Shown here piece after piece: positions 56,351-64,000 of a stretch of DNA of 64,000 bases. Where the stretch lies: positions 70,555-134,554 of the forward strand of contig JANVYR010000003.1 in NCBI GenBank assembly GCA_030059665.1. Direction: 5' to 3'. How positions within the stretch are numbered: position 1 is the stretch's first letter; every line of letters starts with the position of its first letter. A program made the translations under genes and the position numbers. The DNA comes from Candidatus Calditenuis fumarioli (lineage in GTDB: Archaea > Thermoproteota > Nitrososphaeria_A > Caldarchaeales > Calditenuaceae). The notes below the pieces were generated by a model. That model saw only the letters and a list, made by a program, of their open reading frames with translations. It made no database searches and was not told the DNA's origin.

Positions 56351-58756
56351 TCACCTCCTGTGGATCAGACGCCAGATCCTGTCAGGTGTCAGCGGGAGTT
56401 CGTTGATTTTCACGCCGAAGGGTTTCAATGCGTCTTCCACAGCGCTCGCCAGGAGAGGCGGCATCAGGATGGTCGTTCCCTCTCCGCTGCCCTTCGATCC
56501 AATGACCGAGAACGGCGAAGGATGCTCCGTGTGGAGCACCTCCATATCGGGCGTGTCGTAGGCCGTGGGTGCGAGGTAGTCGGCGAACGTGGTCGCCAGC
56601 GGATACCCGTCATCGGTGTATGCGAACTCCTCGAAGAGGGCTCCCGCCAGACCGTGGTAGGTGGCGCCATGGATCTGTCCGTCCATTATGAGTGGGTTCA
56701 GGACAGTACCAGCGTCGTGGACGATCACGAGTTTCTCTACCTTCACGACCCCGGTCTCCGGATCGACCTCGACGATGCAACCACCGGCCATGTAAGCGTA
56801 CGAGGAGCTGTAGTTGGACCTGAGCTTCTCATCCGCAGGTCCGCCTACAGGGAACCTGTACGTGTAGGTCTCCTCGAGCCCCGGATCCTCACCCTTTGGC
56901 AGGACCGCGAGCTGGTGGTAGGCCGCTCTGGCCACCTCCCTCAGCGTGACGTACCTCTCCGGAGACTCCTTGACGAAGATCTTGCCGTCCTCGATCTCCA
57001 GGTCCTCTGGTCTGCACTCGAGCATGTTGGCAGCTATCCGCAGCACCTTGTTACGCACTGCCATGGCCGCACCGTACACCGCGCCCACCCCTACCACAGC
57101 GAACCTGCTCGCGTAGGTTCCCGACTCACCACCGAACGGATGGGTATGTGAGTCAAAACCTGGAAGGACCTCCACGTCGTCAGGCGTGACCCCAAGCACG
57201 TCCGCAACTATCTGGGCCACTACTGTCTCGTGTCCCTGACCCTGCGGCACGGTCCCGACGGCTGCCACTATCTTGCCCGTTGGATGAACCCTGACCGTTG
57301 CTGCCTCGCTGGTGCTCGCGTACTTCTGGTATATGGGTGAACCCCAGAGGGCCGTTACAGAGGCGTGAGTCGAGGCGGGCTCGACTATGAGCACGACACC
57401 AGCGCCCTTGTAGACGCCGTTCCTCCACAGCTCCGGCTGCTTCCTCTTGAACTCCCAGTAACCTATGGCGTCCATCGCCTTCCTCATGGCCTCCGGGTAA
57501 TCTCCACCGTCGTAGATGCAACCGAGGGGGGTAGTGTACGGCATCTCATCCGGCTTCACGAAGTTCCTCATCCTAACTTCGGTCCTGTCGAGTCCCAGCT
57601 CGTCAGCCACCAGGTCCACCGTCCTCTCCAGATGGAAGTACGCCGGGTGACAGCCGTAACCCCTGTTCGGAACGGTGGGGGCCTTGTTGGTGAAGACGGC
57701 GGCCGCGTCGATGTAAACGTGCTTCATCCTGTAAGCTCCGGTGAAGGTGAAGAAGCCCCTGGTGATCGTCTGGGGCTCGGGGTGTCTGAGCCACGCACCG
57801 ATGTTCTCTAGGATCTTCACCTTCATGCCGAGGATCTCGCCGTCGTTCTTCACGGCCATCTCGACCTCAGCGTACCTGTCCGCTGCCTGGACCTGGAGCA
57901 TGTCCTCGCTCCTCGTGGCCATCCACTTGACTGGCCTCTTCGTGATCATGCTGAGGACCGCGATGATCGAGGAGGTCGCGTAGGACATGACCTTGTTACC
58001 GAAGCCACCTCCGATATCGAGGGTGATGTGCCTGAGCATGTGCTCGCTGAGCTTGAGGGCGGCAGGAAACCTGGACCTGTAAAGACCTACCTGCTGGTTC
58101 TGGTCCCAGACGGTCAGCAGGCCTGTTCCTGGGTCGTAGTGCGCTACGCAGGCGTAGGGCTCCAGAGGTGTGGAACTGTACCGGTGGAACCTGTATGTTC
58201 CCCTGACGACGCGGTCCGCGTTCGAGAACGCTTGCTCTATGTCTCCGTAATGGAACTCCCTGTGCCACGCTATGTTGCGCTCGTACCCATCATGGACGAT
58301 TGGCGCACCGTCCTTTATCGCGTCGAGGACGTCGACCACCGCAGGCAGCGGCTCGTACTCCACCTCGATCAGGTCGAGAGCGTCCCTGGCCGTGTACTTG
58401 TCCTCTGCAGCCACCGCGGCCACAGGCTCCCCCACGTACCTCACCTTGTCGATGGCCATGGGATAGTAGGGCGGGACGTTTATCAGATGACGGAAGGGGT
58501 TCATCATCTCCTTCAACTGTTCGCCGGTGATGACAGCCTTCACACCAGGGAGACGCTCGGCCCGAGAGGCGTCTATCCGCTTGATCCTGGCGTGAGGATA
58601 GGGGCTCCTCAGTACGGCGGCGTGGAGCATCCCTGGGATGCGCAGATCGTCGGTGAAGAGTCCTCTTCCGGTCAGAAACCTGTGGTCCTCCTTCCTCTTT
58701 ACTGGCTTCCCTATCCACTTAAATCGGCCATGTTTCACAGTTAGATCGCTCTTCAC
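56351..58756 (-). CDS. Xanthine-oxidase-family Mo-hydroxylase large subunit (resembles 2-furoyl-CoA dehydrogenase HmfA clade)
   Basis: GGGFGNK, PNRGYG loop, QGQGHET, GTYASR, GSKGSGEG; not form I CoxL (no AYxCSFR). Confidence 0.85.
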   Translation of the reverse strand: MKSDLTVKHGRFKWIGKPVKRKEDHRFLTGRGLFTDDLRIPGMLHAAVLRSPYPHARIKRIDASRAERLPGVKAVITGEQLKEMMNPFRHLINVPPYYPMAIDKVRYVGEPVAAVAAEDKYTARDALDLIEVEYEPLPAVVDVLDAIKDGAPIVHDGYERNIAWHREFHYGDIEQAFSNADRVVRGTYRFHRYSSTPLEPYACVAHYDPGTGLLTVWDQNQQVGLYRSRFPAALKLSEHMLRHITLDIGGGFGNKVMSYATSSIIAVLSMITKRPVKWMATRSEDMLQVQAADRYAEVEMAVKNDGEILGMKVKILENIGAWLRHPEPQTITRGFFTFTGAYRMKHVYIDAAAVFTNKAPTVPNRGYGCHPAYFHLERTVDLVADELGLDRTEVRMRNFVKPDEMPYTTPLGCIYDGGDYPEAMRKAMDAIGYWEFKRKQPELWRNGVYKGAGVVLIVEPASTHASVTALWGSPIYQKYASTSEAATVRVHPTGKIVAAVGTVPQGQGHETVVAQIVADVLGVTPDDVEVLPGFDSHTHPFGGESGTYASRFAVVGVGAVYGAAMAVRNKVLRIAANMLECRPEDLEIEDGKIFVKESPERYVTLREVARAAYHQLAVLPKGEDPGLEETYTYRFPVGGPADEKLRSNYSSSYAYMAGGCIVEVDPETGVVKVEKLVIVHDAGTVLNPLIMDGQIHGATYHGLAGALFEEFAYTDDGYPLATTFADYLAPTAYDTPDMEVLHTEHPSPFSVIGSKGSGEGTTILMPPLLASAVEDALKPFGVKINELPLTPDRIWRLIHRR

Positions 58757-58821
58757 GCTTTCCGTGTGCCGATCACCAGCATATTAACCGTAAAGAATTC
58801 AATGCAATGCGGTATCAATCC

Positions 58822-60078
58822 TCAAGCAGGAGGTCGAGTAGGTGGTATGGTGGGTTGAACTTCGCGTATGAGGCCTAGCCTCCTGTGTACCAGGGGAGCC
58901 GTACCCAATGTGACCACCAGACCGAGAAGGCCCAAGTACGAGAATCCCAATGACGCCACCACCACACCACCCACGATTGGCATCGAGACAGCACTGACGC
59001 CCAGGAACAGGTCGTTCAGACCGAAGTACTTGCCCCTGATTGACGGGGGTACGATGTCTGAGATCAGCGCCGTAGAAGCCACCGTCGTAGCGCTCCATCC
59101 CAATCCTATCAGGAACATCCCTACATCGACGATGACGTGGTTCGTGGTCAGAGGGATGAGCATTGCGCCGAGACCGGCGACGACCTGTCCTATCATGATC
59201 GTCAAAGGCCTTCCTGCACGGTCAGCCAACCGGCCGAACAAGGTTGATAGACCGTACATGCCGATCACGTGTACGGAGACGGCTAACGACACGAGGGTCT
59301 GGGAGTAACCCAAGTCGTGCAGGTAGAGCGACGCGAGCCCCATCAGCATCACCATGTTGCCCTGTGCGGCTGCAGACGTGACATATGCGGCGATCAGCGG
59401 CAACCTTGGGACCCTTACCTCCGCGTTGGCGACGCCGTTGGACATGGAGATGACACTTGGTTTACGATTCAACAGGAGCGCTATCTCCTTCGGGTCCACC
59501 CTGATGCTCCTCAATACGGGAACCATCGAGGCGATCAGCAACGTCATCATGACCCACGTCACGGCTGTCGGTCTCAGAGGCGCGTTTGCCCCCAGCACCT
59601 CACCCGCCCAGGCGATGATTGGGGCAACGAAGCTGCCGATGACGCTCGCGGTGTAGAGCTTCCCTATCGCGAAGCCCCTGGACTCCGGAGGATACATGTC
59701 CGTCATCGCGACGCGGTTCTGCTGTGCTATGCCAACGCCTATCCCGAAAACCGCTAGACCTCCTATGAGGAGGCCTGCGTTCTCCGTCAAGACCGAGTAG
59801 ATCATCATGATCGAGCCGAGCGTCATGGGCGCTATGCCCGCTAACAGCACGTTTCTCCTGCCGAACCTGTCCATGAGTATGCCGGACTGGTAAACGATCG
59901 CCAGCCTACCTCCCCAGGTGATGGCAGATACCAACCCAGCGAGTATGGGGGAACCTGTCAGGGAGAACATGACAAGAGGTCCTAGAGCGACGACGGTCTG
60001 AATCGACAGTGAGGTGATAACCTGAAGCGCAATCAGCACCCTCGTGTTCCGTCTAACCTCTTCCATCAGATCATCCAA
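58822..60078 (-). CDS. MFS transporter
   Basis: GILMDRFGRR and GRLADRAGR motif A loops; 12 TM helices. Confidence 0.88.
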   Translation of the reverse strand: MDDLMEEVRRNTRVLIALQVITSLSIQTVVALGPLVMFSLTGSPILAGLVSAITWGGRLAIVYQSGILMDRFGRRNVLLAGIAPMTLGSIMMIYSVLTENAGLLIGGLAVFGIGVGIAQQNRVAMTDMYPPESRGFAIGKLYTASVIGSFVAPIIAWAGEVLGANAPLRPTAVTWVMMTLLIASMVPVLRSIRVDPKEIALLLNRKPSVISMSNGVANAEVRVPRLPLIAAYVTSAAAQGNMVMLMGLASLYLHDLGYSQTLVSLAVSVHVIGMYGLSTLFGRLADRAGRPLTIMIGQVVAGLGAMLIPLTTNHVIVDVGMFLIGLGWSATTVASTALISDIVPPSIRGKYFGLNDLFLGVSAVSMPIVGGVVVASLGFSYLGLLGLVVTLGTAPLVHRRLGLIREVQPTIPPTRPPA

Positions 60079-60084
60079 GCTGCT

Positions 60085-62394
60085 TCACCTGCCAGACAGA
60101 CGCTCTTCCGACTTAAGGCGTTCCTTTAAGCCAACGCGGTCGTCAGGTCCTCTGTTGACCAGCGCCCAGAGCTGATCGGGTGTCAGCATCGCTGACCGCA
60201 GCCTGATGCCGATCGCATCCTCGATCGCCGAGACTATGCAGGGCAGGGCGCCGATCGTGCCAGCCTCTCCTATCCCACGGGAGCCGTGCGTGTACTCAGA
60301 AGGGTACTCGTAAAGCTCCGAGACCACATCGAGACGTAGGTCCTCGGCAGCTGCGACCCCAGCCTCCAGGATGCCTCCCACGCTCAGGGCCCCACCATCA
60401 TCGTATCTAACTGATTCGTAGAGCACGTGGGATATTCCCTGAGCGACACCTCCTATGATCTGGGCTTCGGCAATGAGCGGATTGATCGTCCTTCCGGTGT
60501 CATCAATCGCGTAGTACTGCACTCTCTCCAACTTGAAGGTCTCGCGGTCCAGCTCCACCACGGCGATGTGCACACCATAGGAGAATATGTCCTGACCCTT
60601 GACGAACTCGAAGACCGAGATTTCCTCCTCCCGCGACAACTCTCCGATGGCGACGACCCTCTGTCCGTCCCTCCTCACCACCCAACCCTCCTCGAGGCGG
60701 AGCTCCTCTTTGGGAATGCCGGTGAGTCTGGAGGCCCTGGCGATTATCTCGTCCTTCAATTTGGCAGCCGCCCTCACGACCGCCTCGCCGCCTATGACGG
60801 CGCTCCGGCTCCCGAAGGTGCCGACTCCGGCTGGTAGCACCTCGATGTCTGGGTTGACGTAGACGACCGATCCTATATCGACGTCCAATACGTCGGCCAC
60901 CAGCTGCCTGAAAACGATCTGGTGATACTGGCCGTGGGGCCCCGATCCGGCCGTCACGTAGACGATGCCGTCTTTTCCTAGCCTCACCAGCGCGCCCTCC
61001 CCCAGTACCGTCCTGTTCAGCTCGATGTAGTTGGCCACTCCTAGGCCTACGAGCTTACCTCTCCGTCGACCTTCTTCAACCGCCGACCTCAGGCGCTCGT
61101 AGTCGAACCTTTTCACCGCCTCGCGCAGTATTGACGCGTAATCCTCCTTGTCGAGCGTCAGCCCGAAGGGATTCCTGTAGGGCATCTTCTCGAGAGCGAT
61201 GAGGTTGCGCATTCTCACCTCGATCGGATCGAGTCCCAGCTCATCGGCTACCAAGTCCATCATCCTCTCGTAGAAGAACGCGGCCTCTGGTCTGCCGGCG
61301 CCCCTGTACGGTCCTGCTGGCGTCTTGTTGGTGAAGACCGCAATGGCTCTGACCTCACCTACAGGGATGTCGTAAGGTCCGGTCAGCTGCTGGGCTATGA
61401 AGGGAGCGTAGTTGGCGTTGATGAACAGATTATAGGCACCTATGTCGGCGATTACGGTGCCGCGCAGGGCCAGAATTTTTCCGTCGTTCCTGAGGGCCAG
61501 CGAGACCCTGGCACGGACCTCCCTTGCATGGATCGTGCTTCTGAGGTGCTCGCTCCTAGTCTCTACCCACTTGACCGGCCTTTTCAGCACCATCGCTGCG
61601 AAGCAGGCCAGGACGTACTCGGGGTAAAGGAACGACTTGGAGCCGAACGCTCCCCCTACGTCCACGTAATGGACAACGACTTTGTCTCGGGGGAGTCCGA
61701 GCGCGTCGGCCAGCTGATCCCTGAGCCTGAAGGGCCCCTGGTTGCTCGCCCAGACGTGCAGCTTGTTACCCTTCCATTCCGCCACGATGCCGCGCGTCTC
61801 TATCGGATTCGGAAAGGTCCTGTGAATGCTCACCTCGTCCTCGACGATCCTGTCGGCGGACGAGAAGACTCGATCCACATCACCGTCCTTATATGTGACA
61901 TCGACGCTTACGTTGTTTTGTAAACCCTCGTGAATGATGACGTCTCCGCGAAGGGCCTCATCGATAGTCATGACCGGATCGAGCCTTTCGTATTCGACCG
62001 AAATCGCTTCGAGCAGGTCATATGCCTCATACCGCGTTGCCGCGACGACCGCCGCGACCGGCTGTCCCTCGAAGTTCACCCTCCCATTGGACGGTAAAAC
62101 AGGCAACTTTACGAGGTTTGAAGTGCCCTTGTGATCGAAGTTCGCAGGCATGGTCGCATTTCTCAACAGAGCCTCCTGATCGTTTGGTAGCAGCACCAAT
62201 TTGGCACGTCTCAAAGCGTCGTCGCAATCGATCCGTTTGATGACAGCCCTCGGGTAAGGGCTTCTCAGCACAACCATGTGACACAGGCCGTCCGTCTTCA
62301 GGTCGTCAACGTATGCGCCCCTTCCGACGACGTACGTTATCGATTCTTTCGGTGGAATGGGTTTACCGACGTACTTGCCTGTTAACGCCATCAT
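60085..62394 (-). CDS. Xanthine-oxidase-family Mo-hydroxylase large subunit (CutA/CoxL form II-like)
   Basis: GGAFGSK, PYRGAGRPEA, HGQYH, GTFGSRS, RGIGEAG. Confidence 0.88.
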   Translation of the reverse strand: MMALTGKYVGKPIPPKESITYVVGRGAYVDDLKTDGLCHMVVLRSPYPRAVIKRIDCDDALRRAKLVLLPNDQEALLRNATMPANFDHKGTSNLVKLPVLPSNGRVNFEGQPVAAVVAATRYEAYDLLEAISVEYERLDPVMTIDEALRGDVIIHEGLQNNVSVDVTYKDGDVDRVFSSADRIVEDEVSIHRTFPNPIETRGIVAEWKGNKLHVWASNQGPFRLRDQLADALGLPRDKVVVHYVDVGGAFGSKSFLYPEYVLACFAAMVLKRPVKWVETRSEHLRSTIHAREVRARVSLALRNDGKILALRGTVIADIGAYNLFINANYAPFIAQQLTGPYDIPVGEVRAIAVFTNKTPAGPYRGAGRPEAAFFYERMMDLVADELGLDPIEVRMRNLIALEKMPYRNPFGLTLDKEDYASILREAVKRFDYERLRSAVEEGRRRGKLVGLGVANYIELNRTVLGEGALVRLGKDGIVYVTAGSGPHGQYHQIVFRQLVADVLDVDIGSVVYVNPDIEVLPAGVGTFGSRSAVIGGEAVVRAAAKLKDEIIARASRLTGIPKEELRLEEGWVVRRDGQRVVAIGELSREEEISVFEFVKGQDIFSYGVHIAVVELDRETFKLERVQYYAIDDTGRTINPLIAEAQIIGGVAQGISHVLYESVRYDDGGALSVGGILEAGVAAAEDLRLDVVSELYEYPSEYTHGSRGIGEAGTIGALPCIVSAIEDAIGIRLRSAMLTPDQLWALVNRGPDDRVGLKERLKSEERLSGR

Positions 62395-63308
62395 CTCAAC
62401 CTCTCGATGACCTTGCTCCAGACGTCCTCAACGTGTTCCGGAGTTGCCGGTATCGGGGAAAGAATTAGCAGCTCAACACCAGCCTCGATGCATCTCTTCA
62501 GGAATTGGGCGCATCGTTCGGCGTTACCGATTGCAGCGAACTTCCTCACGTCGAACTCGGTGCCGTAGTACCGCTTGAAGCAATCTGCCACATACCGAGC
62601 TGCCTCGTCCTCGTTTTCGTTAAGCGATATGTAGATTATTTTGCCCAAGAGCGGTTTGTCTTTCCTGCCACTCTCACTTGCCGATTCCACCACAACGCGG
62701 TACTTCTCCTTCACCTCCTCCGGCGTCAGCATGCCACCGGCTATCCACCCGTCTGCGTGTCTTCCGGCCCTTCTCAGGACGCCTTCAGCGGCCCCTCCGA
62801 ACAAAATGGGTGGGTGTGGTTTCTGGACTGGACGAGGAAGCTCGACGGCCTCTGAGGCCCTCCAGAAAGGCCCATTGTAGCTGACGGGTTCACCAGCCCA
62901 TAGTGATTTCATCAGCTTGACCGCATCCATGAAGGCACGGACGCGCTTGCTGGGATCGACACCGCCCGCAGCGAACTCGTTTTCGTTTCTCCCGAGCGAG
63001 AGCCCCAACATCATCCTGCCGTTGGAAAGGACGTCCAGCGTGGCCACGACCTTCGCGAGCACGAACGGATTCCTGTAGGTGAGTATTGCCACCGACGTTC
63101 CGAGCTTCGCTTTTGTGGTGACGGCCGCGACGTGGCTCAAGACCGTGAAGGGCTCGAGAACCGGCACCGTCCTGTGGAAGAGGCGGTCGAAGGTCCAGAG
63201 GTGATCGAACCCCAGAGCCTCGGCCTTCCGGGCTAGCGTCACGATGTCCTTGAACCGCTGCTCCCCCTCAAATCCAGTGTTGGGTAGAACGATTCCAAAT
63301 TCTGCCAT
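62391..63308 (-). CDS. Luciferase-like (LLM) flavin/F420-dependent oxidoreductase
   Basis: AEALGFDHLW, LEPFTVLSHVAAVT..AKLGT, AKVVATLDVLSNGR. Confidence 0.88.
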   Translation of the reverse strand: MAEFGIVLPNTGFEGEQRFKDIVTLARKAEALGFDHLWTFDRLFHRTVPVLEPFTVLSHVAAVTTKAKLGTSVAILTYRNPFVLAKVVATLDVLSNGRMMLGLSLGRNENEFAAGGVDPSKRVRAFMDAVKLMKSLWAGEPVSYNGPFWRASEAVELPRPVQKPHPPILFGGAAEGVLRRAGRHADGWIAGGMLTPEEVKEKYRVVVESASESGRKDKPLLGKIIYISLNENEDEAARYVADCFKRYYGTEFDVRKFAAIGNAERCAQFLKRCIEAGVELLILSPIPATPEHVEDVWSKVIERLR

Positions 63309-63467
63309 TTCATGCTTGCGTGAATGACCTAAAATTTAAGAATTGTATTCCGAGAGCTCGCACAGTTGAAATCTTGCACGATTATAACAGAATTTGCAGT
63401 CCAGCGACCAAGTCGTTACGATGCGAGATCTAAAAGTTAATTAAAAGGTTGATGGCAGCGAAATTCG

Positions 63468-64000
63468 ATGGTGGAAAATCTTACTTACAAACCTGCGAAA
63501 TACGTCCTCGATCCGTATCCCATCATCAACGGTATGGCGCTGGACACCTTCAATAGGATCCTGGTCCTTAGCGACACCAACCTGAAAAGCCTACTGGTTT
63601 ATGGGCTTGACGAAACGTCGGACTACACGGGCATCACGAGACCGCGGAGACACATCATAGGACCGCATACGGAAGTCGGGTTCGTGGCAGGTGTGGCCGT
63701 GGACCCTGATAGAGGCCAGATATTTGCTGTGAACAACGACATCGAGGACAGCATGGTCGTTTTCGATTACGAGGACGACGGTAACGCTGCACCTAAACGG
63801 AAAATTATGGTACCTCACAGGGCGTGGGGAATCTCCGTAGGTGAGAACGAAATAGCGATATCGGTGCAGACGTTCGGTGCCATAGTCCTGGACAGGGAAA
63901 GATTATCGATACAGGGGAGTTCTTGTCCACACCCCGACAGGGCAATTTACGGCATTAACTCCGAGATGGCTGATCCTAGGGGGATATTTCTAGATGAGAG
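63468..64000 (+). CDS. NHL/beta-propeller repeat protein, 3' truncated by window (not in ORF track)
   Basis: Open frame MVENLTYKPAKYVLDPYPIINGMALD...RHIIGPHTEVGFVAGVAVDPDRGQIFAVN...RAIYGINSEMADPRGIFLDE running to the window end. Confidence 0.7.
   Translation, partial: MVENLTYKPAKYVLDPYPIINGMALDTFNRILVLSDTNLKSLLVYGLDETSDYTGITRPRRHIIGPHTEVGFVAGVAVDPDRGQIFAVNNDIEDSMVVFDYEDDGNAAPKRKIMVPHRAWGISVGENEIAISVQTFGAIVLDRERLSIQGSSCPHPDRAIYGINSEMADPRGIFLDE

Noticed and set aside
56351-62394. Aerobic CO dehydrogenase (form I CoxL)
   Set aside because: Neither subunit has AYxCSFR, and no coxMS or accessory cox genes are adjacent
483-63818. Many long antisense or alternate-frame ORFs in the track (e.g. 2675-3388, 4077-5315, 10654-12132, 12690-13763, 14902-16494, 25003-26142, 39458-40567)
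   Set aside because: They overlap well-supported genes, have R/G/P-biased low-complexity translations and show no motifs; typical shadow ORFs of high-GC DNA
1-64000. CRISPR arrays, rRNA genes, IS elements/transposases
   Set aside because: No regularly spaced repeats, rRNA-like sequence, or transposase/integrase ORFs recognised

Overview
GC-rich archaeal chromosome segment, probably from a thermophilic TACK-group archaeon. An Aigarchaeota/Caldarchaeales-like host is my inference from the gene set (aglB, polB1, eS1, eL13, eL31, eL39, eIF6, GGGP synthase, A-type atpA) and is not proven. Bases 1-38.8 kb are mostly housekeeping: fragmented ribosomal-protein clusters, hisFI, Pcc1, tRNA-Leu(UAG), an intron-containing tRNA-Ser(CGA), a MoxR/DUF58 locus and a HEPN-MNT pair. 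Several items stand out there. (i) A four-gene candidate copper/redox module (cupredoxin, thioredoxin-like protein, membrane-tethered HTH regulator with a CxxC/Met loop, C2H2 membrane protein) whose two divergent promoters share a GAAACG tandem motif. (ii) A B12-dependent acyl-CoA mutase with isobutyryl-CoA-mutase specificity residues rather than methylmalonyl-CoA-mutase ones. (iii) An SBP56/methanethiol-oxidase-like gene with a His-containing membrane partner. (iv) A GT-C glycosyltransferase fused to a GH18-like domain. From about 38.8 kb to the window end lies an apparent aromatic/heteroaromatic catabolic island: HpaB-family hydroxylase, LigB+LigA extradiol dioxygenase, LigK/GalC-type aldolase, a wide-pocket CoA ligase, two Mo-hydroxylase large subunits, a cysteine amidohydrolase, an LLM oxidoreductase, Liv-type ABC and MFS transporters and an HTH_10 regulator. 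All family calls come from motif recognition by eye, without database searches. Many start codons were shortened relative to the ORF track, and two genes the track missed were added (rpl39e, terminal NHL-like protein).
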